Shown here: positions 51,979 through 61,200 of the stretch, in pieces
How positions within the stretch are numbered: position 1 is the stretch's first letter
Layout of the letters: the number at the start of each line of letters is the position of its first letter
Virus record (IMG/VR): IMGVR_UViG_3300036987_000100
Location: 1 to 64,000 of that record
Origin: a virus
Lineage: Duplodnaviria > Caudoviricetes
DNA: 64,000 nt
Strand: one strand, 5' to 3'
Notes under the pieces: generated by a model
What the model saw: the letters and a program-made list of their open reading frames with translations, nothing else
Told to the model about the DNA's origin: nothing
Database searches by the model: none
Made by a program: the position numbers and the translations under genes

Positions 51979-53199
51979 CTAGAAGGTATTCAGGACTTCA
52001 ATTCCAGCCCACTGACAAAGCAAAGTACCCGCCCCGGCCGTAACGCCCATGCGCACCTCGTACATACGCGCCGCTGTGTTGAGCGTGACTGGCACCACCT
52101 GCTCCGTAGGCGCCGCAGCGCTGACCACCACCGTTGAGCCCACCACAGCAGCGGCGGAAGTCAGGTCATACAAATACACAGTTCCGGTAGCTCCGCCCGT
52201 AATGTAGGCGGTCACCTTGAATACCGTAGAGACAGTAGTCCCTGTCACCGTGTAGTCGCTTCTGGCGAAGGAATAGTTACCCGCCACAACCGGTGGCGCC
52301 AACGCCGTGGCTACTCCCATCCCGATTGCGATGTTGTCTCTCAGCGCCTGCCCGGTCGTTCCCAGTGCGTTTGTAACCGTAAACGCCAAGGGGGTTGTAT
52401 CCAGCGTGATGGGGTTGTCCGTCGCCAACTGAAACATCTTGTCAGCCGCAGCGCCTTCAGCCACGACGATGACAAATCCTGCCATCACCAACGCATCGGT
52501 ATTCGCATCGGAGGATCGAACCCAGGTTCCGTCTGAGCCAGTGCCCACGGTTTGCACGATGTAGATGCCGTTTTCGGCCGCAGCGCTTTGCTGCCAAACC
52601 AGGATACGATCATTCACGTTCAGGGTGATGCCACTCAATGTGTCTGGCGCCCCGCCAACCAGCGTCACGGGACCCGTGGTGGCTAGTCTTGCTGGAGATT
52701 TGAAATCCGGGGAACCCCCGCCACTCCCGCCGCTAGATATTTCCAGTACACTAATGGTCTCTCCGGTCCCAATGCTGTGTCCATTCCGGAAGTAGAAACG
52801 GTTACCCTTACGGATGCCCACAAGCATGTCCGCATTCGACGAAGGCACCTGTGCACCCTGTTGCGCAGTAACCGCAACATTTGCAAGCGGGGCTCTTGGG
52901 AGGTTGACGTAGAAGACCTCGCCCTCAAGCAGGGCGAGACTTCCTGCGTTGATGAACCATTGGAACCCGGTGATGGGGGCGGCGATAGTGATGTTTGCGT
53001 CCCAAGTAAGTGTGCCCAGCCCCGTTCCCGGGTCTACGTTAAAGGTGAAGACCCCGCCGTCCATGAGGACTATTTGGCGGTCTTCACGCCCTGCGTAGAG
53101 GGCAGCGTCAACCGCCTCAATCATCCCCACGAATTGGTCGTAAAACGGGTCCTGGTGCTCATTCGGGTAAGGTATGTTCAGCCTGGGGGTAGTGGCCAC
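51979..53199 (-). CDS. tail fibre-related protein
   Basis: KSPARLATT...LSGITLNVNDRILVWQQ...ENGIY...WVRSSDA. Confidence 0.8.
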   Translation of the reverse strand: MATTPRLNIPYPNEHQDPFYDQFVGMIEAVDAALYAGREDRQIVLMDGGVFTFNVDPGTGLGTLTWDANITIAAPITGFQWFINAGSLALLEGEVFYVNLPRAPLANVAVTAQQGAQVPSSNADMLVGIRKGNRFYFRNGHSIGTGETISVLEISSGGSGGGSPDFKSPARLATTGPVTLVGGAPDTLSGITLNVNDRILVWQQSAAAENGIYIVQTVGTGSDGTWVRSSDANTDALVMAGFVIVVAEGAAADKMFQLATDNPITLDTTPLAFTVTNALGTTGQALRDNIAIGMGVATALAPPVVAGNYSFARSDYTVTGTTVSTVFKVTAYITGGATGTVYLYDLTSAAAVVGSTVVVSAAAPTEQVVPVTLNTAARMYEVRMGVTAGAGTLLCQWAGIEVLNTF

Positions 53200-53209
53200 G
53201 GGTCATCTC

Positions 53210-53605
53210 CTATAGTGCCAGCAGCGTGACGCCAGCCTGAACCTCGAAGGCACTTGGCGGTACTACGGCAAATCGTTTACCGCTAGCAAGTACAAGCCAT
53301 ACGTCAAAAACGTACGATTTTACTGCCAAGGTTTGCGTATCGGCGGGCACGAGGTAGATGCGAGCCTTGCCCTCACGGGGAACCGTCACTTCGGCTTGCG
53401 TTATGCTATCCGACGACTTCTGAATGAGCGGAGCAGCGTCTGTTGCCGCGACCTTCACCGACATTACGATTTTTGCTCCGGTAATATCCACCGCCTTTCC
53501 GTCAGCATCCGTAATGATTAGTTCCAGTGTCTTTGATGTACCCCGAACGAGCACAAGCGCGTTTTCCGGGAGAATCGTAATAGGCTGAATGGGCATTAGG
53601 AGCAA
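53210..53605 (-). CDS. BppU-like structural protein
   Basis: RGTSKTLELIITDADGKAVDITGA...YVFDVWL. Confidence 0.7.
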   Translation of the reverse strand: MLLMPIQPITILPENALVLVRGTSKTLELIITDADGKAVDITGAKIVMSVKVAATDAAPLIQKSSDSITQAEVTVPREGKARIYLVPADTQTLAVKSYVFDVWLVLASGKRFAVVPPSAFEVQAGVTLLAL

Positions 53606-54042
53606 ACCTCATGGAGCTGCGCGCGAAGTATTTCTGTGTCCTTAAGGAGGCCCAGCACCAGTTGGTGATTGACCAGCCTGCCATCCAGGCCATCTAGCTC
53701 GTAGACACGTCCAAGCCGCATCTCCGCCTCAGAGAGTTTACCGCGAAACTGGTCCACCTCCACCAAACATCCAGAGATGATGGTGACTTCTTCTTCGGGC
53801 TGAGGGCTCGCGGTGTCCGTGAAGAAGATTTGAACCACATCTCCAGGGAGCGGAGCTTCTTTAAGTTCCACCACTCCGTGGGAAGGACTAGTTTCTAGCC
53901 AGCCATCGTCCCAGTCCCGGCGGTACATCTTACCGTTGACGAAAACAGCGGTAGTGTTGGCAACATAAGGCACACTGACGGCGAAGGTCCTATTGACCCC
54001 GTCAATGACACCTAAAGCAACCTCGAACCGTGGGGATGGCAC
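53596..54042 (-). CDS. small virion-type protein, paralog of 28026-28253
   Basis: Shared N-terminal ~75-aa motif. Confidence 0.7.
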   Translation of the reverse strand: MPSPRFEVALGVIDGVNRTFAVSVPYVANTTAVFVNGKMYRRDWDDGWLETSPSHGVVELKEAPLPGDVVQIFFTDTASPQPEEEVTIISGCLVEVDQFRGKLSEAEMRLGRVYELDGLDGRLVNHQLVLGLLKDTEILRAQLHEVCS

Positions 54043-54049
54043 GACAAAG

Positions 54050-54078
54050 CTTATAGCTTACGTCGTCCGCTACATCAA
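54050..54078 (-). promoter_or_regulatory. sigma70-like promoter candidate (leaderless GTG)
   Basis: TTGATG-N17-TATAAG, with 7 nt between the -10 box and the GTG at 54042. Confidence 0.45.
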
Positions 54079-54096
54079 ACGCTAAGTATTACAATA

Positions 54097-54732
54097 TCAG
54101 CCCGACAGTCTGCCGTAGGTAGCTGCGAGCACGTAATGGCGTTGCGACCGCTCCAGGCAGCCCAAGGTTGCGGCGCGCTCCCCCGCCTGTTGATGGTGCC
54201 GCACTTTCCACTCCAGCCCCTCAGTGAGGGCGGCCCGCTTGGAATGGGTCAGATACTGCGCGTCCTTAGTGGTGGATTCCTCGGGCAGATCCAGCAAAGC
54301 CTCGTTGAGGGCTACAATGGCCCGCAGTACTGCTTCGGTTGGGGGAGAAGCCCCCGGAGCCACCTGTGCCGCCTCAGGCCCACCTTGCGCAGTTCTAGCT
54401 TGGATTCCTGCCTTCACTGCGGTGTTGTTGCGCTTGTTCGCGCCAGCCATGTACTGCTTGCGAACTGAGGCAATCTTTTTTGCCAAGTTGACGCGTGCTG
54501 GTTTGATTTTGGGGCCAAAAATAGTTCTCGGTTCCACCGGCTTCGGGGGGCCAACCTTGGGCTTGGAACCAAAGGCTACCTTGGGCCGTGGAGGCGCCTT
54601 GGGCTTCGGCGCAGGCCTTGCTGCTGTTTTAGGCTTTGGCGCGGGGTCAAATAGGCGCCGCCCCTTGGTCTGCCCCTGTGGCTTGATTTGAGGCTTCGGC
54701 GCTTTCTGCTGTGTTGAGAGGGGTGGGGTCAT
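54097..54732 (-). CDS. hypothetical protein with a Lys/Pro-rich N-terminus
   Basis: Co-oriented ORF. Confidence 0.65.
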   Translation of the reverse strand: MTPPLSTQQKAPKPQIKPQGQTKGRRLFDPAPKPKTAARPAPKPKAPPRPKVAFGSKPKVGPPKPVEPRTIFGPKIKPARVNLAKKIASVRKQYMAGANKRNNTAVKAGIQARTAQGGPEAAQVAPGASPPTEAVLRAIVALNEALLDLPEESTTKDAQYLTHSKRAALTEGLEWKVRHHQQAGERAATLGCLERSQRHYVLAATYGRLSG

Positions 54733-54751
54733 GATGATTCTTTCGGCACCT

Positions 54752-54769
54752 TGCGACCACGTGGTCGCA
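54752..54769. repeat. palindrome copy 9 (TGCGACCACGTGGTCGCA, 18 bp perfect)
   Basis: Read directly; about 20 nt upstream of the ATG at 54732. Confidence 0.95.
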
Positions 54770-54774
54770 GCATG

Positions 54775-54981
54775 TCACGCCGACACCTCTTGTGGGTATT
54801 CGTACGCGATGACGATGTCGAGCAAGTCTACCGCTGGAAACGGTGCCAGTAACCCCAGGGGGTCCGGTACCTCTTCCACCTCCCAGTAGACGTACCCGAT
54901 GGGCACCTCCGTGTGGTAGGCGCGCATGAGAATTCGAATCGGTGCGGTGGTAGGCCCGAGGCCCAACGTTACGAGGCTCAT
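54775..54981 (-). CDS. small hypothetical protein, 68 aa
   Basis: ATGA coupling to the upstream gene. Confidence 0.55.
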   Translation of the reverse strand: MSLVTLGLGPTTAPIRILMRAYHTEVPIGYVYWEVEEVPDPLGLLAPFPAVDLLDIVIAYEYPQEVSA

Positions 54982-55574
54982 AGCGGTATTTTCTGAAAGA
55001 TTTTAGTGGCGCTGGCCACACCAGCATCATCTTTCAAGTCGAAAGAGAATACCACTACTGCGCCAGTGTCGTCATAGATGTCCAGCTTCTTCGTGGTTTT
55101 ATTGATGATGCCCTTGTTTTTCACTACCCGGAACACGTCGTTGAGGAACAAGCCCATTGAACCGGCGCCTTGATGACTGGCAATGAGTTCATCCCATACC
55201 GCGTCGGCAATGCTTCCCGGGGACGTGGCGTTAACCAACCCCTCAAGCATGTCACCCTTTGTACCCGGAGCCCGGTCCACGACGTCGTTCCAGACGTCGT
55301 CTTTCACTTGGGAGGTTGGTTCATCCAGGAATAGGTCCTTCGGACCAATCACATCCGAGATGTACTGTACCTCCTCTGTGGGAATTGACGCCCCTCCGTC
55401 CACTTCAAATACGACATCAAATGTTGGGGTGTAGTCGAAGTAGTACGTTCCATTGGCAACTTCGACGATGGACGGGGGCGTTTCGTCTAGGAGATCAGAA
55501 GCCTTCTTGAAGAAGGTAAACGTCGGAGTCAGTCCCGTGTCGGAGTGGCGGAAGCGTAAAAAGTATCGGGACAT
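54978..55574 (-). CDS. structural-type protein, 198 aa
   Basis: IADAVWDE motif; co-oriented. Confidence 0.65.
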   Translation of the reverse strand: MSRYFLRFRHSDTGLTPTFTFFKKASDLLDETPPSIVEVANGTYYFDYTPTFDVVFEVDGGASIPTEEVQYISDVIGPKDLFLDEPTSQVKDDVWNDVVDRAPGTKGDMLEGLVNATSPGSIADAVWDELIASHQGAGSMGLFLNDVFRVVKNKGIINKTTKKLDIYDDTGAVVVFSFDLKDDAGVASATKIFQKIPL

Positions 55575-55638
55575 TGAGTACCCCTGGTTGAGAATCTCGC
55601 TACATACTAGAGGAGCGCGCCCTTCGTGCCAATGTCAG

Positions 55639-56415
55639 TTAGAAGGGGTAAGAAAGCCCATCGCCACCATCGTACAAATTCGCTATTTCCTCTACCGATA
55701 ATGCGCGGCTCCAAATACCAACTTCGTCGATAGTTCCTGCTTGAAAGTACTGCGCTGGGTTGGCTCCGCCGTGGTTTTGCGCCCACGCCCCGATGGCCAG
55801 CCGATGGGTACTCAAAGGATTCGTCGTTACCGTATTAGAATTGGCTAGCACCCCATTAGCCCAAAGTTCATGCGTTGAGCCCCGCCTGATGGAGATGATG
55901 TGGTTCCAGTTCCCATTAGGGTTGAACTCTGCAAAGATACCGTAAGGCCCAGAGGTCTCGCACACCCCTCCACCCCATTGTGTTGCGTTGGACGCGTTGC
56001 GTCCGAGCCAGAACCCAACGTCGTAGGCCTTGTCAAGCACACGCTGGTAATTAATGGTTGTGTTGCAAATGAACCATGCACAGGCGGTAAAATCGCCGAA
56101 GGCGCTAGAAACTGGCGTGTCAATCTTAGACGTCGTTCCAGCGAATACTGCGCCTGAACTCAGTTTCCCCGCCGCGTAAGTAATTCCGGTTGGGGTAGCG
56201 TGGGCCGTACCGGCGGCGTCGTCGCTGTTCCCATCGAGCCTCCAGTAACCCTCCAACCCGGTAAGGAGCGTGGACCTCCCCGACCCCGCCACAGCCCGCT
56301 CCGCCCAGATACCGTCCTTCATACCGGGCGAGATGCCGGGGACCCGTTGTACGCCTTCAACACCTTTACTCCTGATTGTCTGTACACTTAGAAGCGTCGT
56401 AATTAAATCCGCCAT
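55639..56415 (-). CDS. LamG / concanavalin-A-like domain protein
   Basis: LEGYWRLDGN..D, FTACAWF, WNHII, GTIDEVGIWSRALSVEEI. Confidence 0.88.
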   Translation of the reverse strand: MADLITTLLSVQTIRSKGVEGVQRVPGISPGMKDGIWAERAVAGSGRSTLLTGLEGYWRLDGNSDDAAGTAHATPTGITYAAGKLSSGAVFAGTTSKIDTPVSSAFGDFTACAWFICNTTINYQRVLDKAYDVGFWLGRNASNATQWGGGVCETSGPYGIFAEFNPNGNWNHIISIRRGSTHELWANGVLANSNTVTTNPLSTHRLAIGAWAQNHGGANPAQYFQAGTIDEVGIWSRALSVEEIANLYDGGDGLSYPF

Positions 56416-58238
56416 TACAGGACCCCCCTCGCGTCAATCACCCACACCCGTCCTTCGGTGCCCATGTTCCCCCCAGCCACGCCAACCGCATAAACTCTCT
56501 TGGTGCCTTCATCCACCGCTACATCCGTCACTACACCGTCCGTCAATCCCTGCGCGACCCAAGTGACAGTTCCGTCGGATACGTTACCGGAGGAAGTCCA
56601 CCGTGGCTCAGCATTACTTGCTGTGCCGCCAACTGTTGCCTTGAAGTAGTATCGCGCCGGAGCAAACTCGTGGGTAGCTCTAGGTCTAATCAGCGTATTG
56701 ATTGAGTACGCCGTACCAGGCACCCAAGTGTTTACCACCAGCCCGGACACCTTCGTCATCGCCTTGAGTCGAAGCTCTTCGTCGTACACCGCCACGCCAC
56801 CGTTCCCCAGCGGCACTACGAGCTTGCCGCTAGGCGTGCGAACGACTTTGAACGACTGGGCACCGTACAGAGCCATAGTAGGTGTTACTGCGTCGTGCAG
56901 GATTACGGGGGCGCCAGCGCCGAAGTAGTCGTACACACCGACTCTATCGACCATCGATACAATCAGGCGCACTGCTGTCGCATTTGTTGGGTGGGCTGTA
57001 GCAAGAACACCGTTTACCCTTGCAGGCAGCGGAACGTTGCTCAGTAGCGTGGGGCTGGTCCCATTCTCATCGTAAACGCGTAGCCGATTCACACTGCTTT
57101 CAAATGTCGCAACGAATACTCTCGGCGTAGCCAAGAAGTTGGCGACACTTACGGCACGTACCGCCCCTATGCCCGAGAGCGCCGAGGTCGGCGTCATCGT
57201 GCTGAGGGTTACGACGACCAGCTCCCCTGCTGTACCGCTGCTGTCCGCGTAGAGAGCCGCGTACCCGTAGGTCGCCGAGACATCAAAGTCTACGAGAACC
57301 CCAGTGCTGCCGGGCATCTCACTGGCACTCACGAACGCCGGTACGAGCGTATAGGCAGCTACGTCATCTCCATTTCCGTTTGGACCGGCGGACGCACTGA
57401 CGGTTAGCGTGTCATTCGCAAGAGTCAGGAGAGCTACGGCGTTGATGCCGTCAGACGTTCCGGCTACGACACCGTCCGTGTGGTACAGCACGGAGTTGTC
57501 TGTAGAGAGTGTGAGTCGGCCACGTAAGTAGTCGGTGACGGTCGTGTCGTTCAACCGTGAAGGCTCCGCCACGAATAGCTTCGTGGCGTCTGAGGGGTGT
57601 CGAAGAATACTGCTGAGTGGACGAGTTCTTTTGAACGTCGTTAGCTCCTGGAGCGGCCTGGCCTCTACCCCGAGCTGCGCTACAGATACGCGACTGTCGT
57701 CGTACGGCACCACCTCAACCGCCTGTGTCCCGCTCACCTTGCCTGTGATGAGGGGGTAGGCGGACTCCCAGACAGCACCGCCAGTGTCGGAGACACGCCC
57801 GTAGACTCCGTAAGAGCGCGGGGTCCTGTAGTACAGAAGGAAGCGCTGGTCGATGGTACGCGTCAGGTAGCCCAGCCGTGGGTTGGTTCCAGGAAACAAC
57901 GGCGCGGGTTCGACGGTGTACTCACCGGTCAGCACGTTGAATCTCGCTGAATAGAGTGTCCCGTTTCTTACACCGTCTTCTCCGAGTCCGTCATCCCAGA
58001 TGGCTAAGAGATCATCAGCTACAGGATCATAGATGACAGTCACGTTTCTAAACGTGGCTGCCTGCGTGAACACCTCGGTGAAGTCTAGCGCGTTGTGCGG
58101 CTTCCAGTTGAGGCGACGCAGGCTAGGAGCTGGGATGAGCGAATTCCACACGACGTAGACAACGCCGTTACGGATGAAGGAGCCCAGCTCAACAGGAGCC
58201 CCCTCAATCGTAACCCCAGCAATAGCCGACAGCGCCAT
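56415..58238 (-). CDS. virion protein, beta-propeller-like, 607 aa
   Basis: Repeated beta-strand/DV patterns; coupled to both neighbours. Confidence 0.7.
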   Translation of the reverse strand: MALSAIAGVTIEGAPVELGSFIRNGVVYVVWNSLIPAPSLRRLNWKPHNALDFTEVFTQAATFRNVTVIYDPVADDLLAIWDDGLGEDGVRNGTLYSARFNVLTGEYTVEPAPLFPGTNPRLGYLTRTIDQRFLLYYRTPRSYGVYGRVSDTGGAVWESAYPLITGKVSGTQAVEVVPYDDSRVSVAQLGVEARPLQELTTFKRTRPLSSILRHPSDATKLFVAEPSRLNDTTVTDYLRGRLTLSTDNSVLYHTDGVVAGTSDGINAVALLTLANDTLTVSASAGPNGNGDDVAAYTLVPAFVSASEMPGSTGVLVDFDVSATYGYAALYADSSGTAGELVVVTLSTMTPTSALSGIGAVRAVSVANFLATPRVFVATFESSVNRLRVYDENGTSPTLLSNVPLPARVNGVLATAHPTNATAVRLIVSMVDRVGVYDYFGAGAPVILHDAVTPTMALYGAQSFKVVRTPSGKLVVPLGNGGVAVYDEELRLKAMTKVSGLVVNTWVPGTAYSINTLIRPRATHEFAPARYYFKATVGGTASNAEPRWTSSGNVSDGTVTWVAQGLTDGVVTDVAVDEGTKRVYAVGVAGGNMGTEGRVWVIDARGVL

Positions 58239-58239
58239 G

Positions 58240-61200
58240 TTATTGCCTCAGGACGATGACGTGTTTCGCCCACTGGAAGCGCCTGTCTCCGATGACCTGG
58301 TACGTCACAGGCCCCGCGTCGGCTGTCAACGTAACGGCGGCCCCGGTGTAGTGATTCTTGACTGCGATGACGTCTGAGGCGACGTAGAAATAGATTTCGT
58401 AGATGCCTACGTTAACGCCAGTGGTGATGTAGAGCAGTCGGCCCACGTCGTCTGGACTGAACTGCTCCCCCGCGAATATATCGGTGCCTCCGGGTACTGT
58501 TCCGTTAGTGCGTTGGTACCCTGGCCCGATGTCCTCGGAGAAGAAGGTGTAACAGCCCTTGTAGTCGTCGTAGCAGTCACCCGACTGTACCGGGATGGTG
58601 TTCTGCACGAGGCGAGCGGCCTTGCTGCCCTCCGTAGTCGCCGACGCGGTACGGAAGCCGGGGCGGCGGATAGTCCACGGCTGGCTAGAGAGCGCCCGTT
58701 CTCCGAGAGCTGCAAGGGTAAGCGTCTTACCGTCATTGCTGATGGCAGCGAGAGAGTACTCAGCGCCAGCCGTCTCGAAATAGATACGGTCTGGCGTTGT
58801 CCCGCCCACGTTGATTCCCTCGTGAACGTTAAATGAAATGCTGCTCTCCGTGGCACCCCACACTACAGCCCCACCGCTCAACGTGACGAGCGTGAGCTGC
58901 GTCGCGGATGGACGAGAAGCTACGCGGTAAAGTTCCCCGCTGTGCGTGCCCGACAAGAAGCGGACGACTCGGCCCACTACAGCACTCAGAGGGAACGCTG
59001 ATGACGCAGAGTCCAGGGTGTTGACTCCCGAAGTAACCACGCCGTCGGTGCGCGTAACGCCCAGCTTGAACCCGAGGAAGGTGTTGCCACCAGCGAGCGT
59101 GACTTGGCCGGTATTCGCAGCGAGGACCGCGTTACCGTTGTACCCCGCTTCACCTACGCCCGTGCTCTTGGCTTGAATGAAGTCGATTCGTCCCATGTTG
59201 GATGCGAGGAAGTCCGCGTTGGTACGAGCTTCGTCCAAGATTTGGTAGTTGCTCAGCGCGAGGCGTTCTCCAGAAGGGCTGTAGAACTCCCACGTACACA
59301 GGTCGTGTACCCCAGGACCTCCTGCCCCAGCAAAACGGGGCTGGGCTGACCATTTCCAATAACGACCAGTCCTGTCTCCGGCCGCGAGGTCCGTAAAATC
59401 AGCGTAGACTATGAAGTCTTGCTGGTTTGATCCATTGTCTCGCCCATTCGGCGTAACAAACGTCTTGTTGTCTTTTACGTCGGGAGGTTCGGCCTCCGTG
59501 TTGAAAGAGATTCGCTTTACCTTGGTCCACGTCGGGGCCACTACCGCGAAGCTCTGATTCGTTAGCGTTGTATTGGGCCCGGTACGAATTTGGACCGAAG
59601 TGGTAGAGAGCAGCCGCTCGACCGCTAGCTTGTGCGTCGGCGTTCCGAGGCTTGGGCTCGCCAACATGTCGTCTTCTTGCACGCCGTCGCGCACTTCATA
59701 GGTCACGCCAGTGGCGCTAGCGGTCCATGCCTTAGCGGTCTGATCCAAGTTCCGAATCGTAACTGATGCGCCTCCACCGGCTACAGACACGATGCGGTAG
59801 CTCCCGTTGTCTGAGCCCGCCCCGGCGGTGATTTTGAGAATCTTCCCCCGGTCCCCGGCTACGAATGTCCCGCCCGTAGCCGTGAACGTGGACGCTTCCG
59901 CTACAATCGCTCCGTCTGTGTTAGGTCCGGTTGTAATCGGGCCCAGGAAGTCTCCAGAACTCAACGTCAACGTGGTCGCGTTTGTAGCCCCGTTTAGCGT
60001 CGAGGTCCCGCTGAAGCGCGTAGTCGAGGAGGCTACTGGCGCCGCACCTTCGGCCCTGTAGATGTTCCCAATTAGCCCACTGTTCGTATTGGTCGCAGCG
60101 AGGTTCGCCGAGGCTGCGCCGCATCGAACTCGTAAAAGAATGTACCCAACCTCGACGTTGGTACCGAAGTCAACCATCGTGGAGTAGCCCAGTACGCCGG
60201 TATTAGCGACGATCCCTGACCAAATGTTACTGTTACTAGGGGACGAGTTTATACTTGGGAACCCACCGGAGCCGTTCAACTGGTGTTGGATGCAAAAATC
60301 CATGAGCGTCCTGGCACCGCTTGTCTCAGCGCCGGGAAGAGCGCGGTGGTTGGACACGGCGGCTTCGTACTGAGGTGTAGCTCGTGCATACGCCTCGAAA
60401 TACACCTTCGTCTCAGTGGCTCCCAGAACAGCGATTGGCGAAGGCACTGTGCACTTAACCGCCTCGTCCCATTCATAGAGCCGCGTCTTTAGTGTGTGCC
60501 CTTCGTACGACAGTCCCGTAATGTCCTGGGTATTGTCCTTGCCGAAACCGTCGGCGAGCATGAAGGTGTAGCTCTCAGGACCAGCGTTCGCCCCAATCGA
60601 ACCCACCGACCAAACAGTATATGTAAGAGTGCCCGCCGTTGCACTAGCGGAGAAGGCCGCGTTGCTGACCCGCGTAAGAGTCACCTGAGTGGGACTGGTG
60701 TATGCTGAAACCTTGTAGATGCCCGCGTCAGCTCCGGATTCGATGCGGAGGTAGTTGCCAACATCTCCGGCTACGAAACCAGAGCCGGTGAATGTTCCTA
60801 CGCCGCTTGTGGTAGCTCCATCAGTGTTGGTCGCCCGAACCAGGCCCGCGCGCCCAAGGAACTCATTGTTCGGCGGTGTCGCCCCGCCTTGGCGAGTCCA
60901 TTGGATTTTTGCCCCGAAGCAAAGCTCTTCGGCGGTAGAGTGGATGGGCCGTGCCTTTGCGTAGGGCGCGGTGGTGTCGCTGACACTCTTATTCGGCACG
61001 CCCCCGGGGGTCCACTCAAGAGGGACCCAACGGCTGTTGGCGTTGTCCCACTGGTAATCGACTTCGATTTTACCGATGATAAACTGTCGACTAGGCCACG
61101 TCGAGGCGCCAGATACCTGTGTGCGCGGGCCAATGACATAAATACACCCGTAAGGGTCTGTGACGGCTGCGTGCGCGAATGTCCCGACAACAGATGCGAG

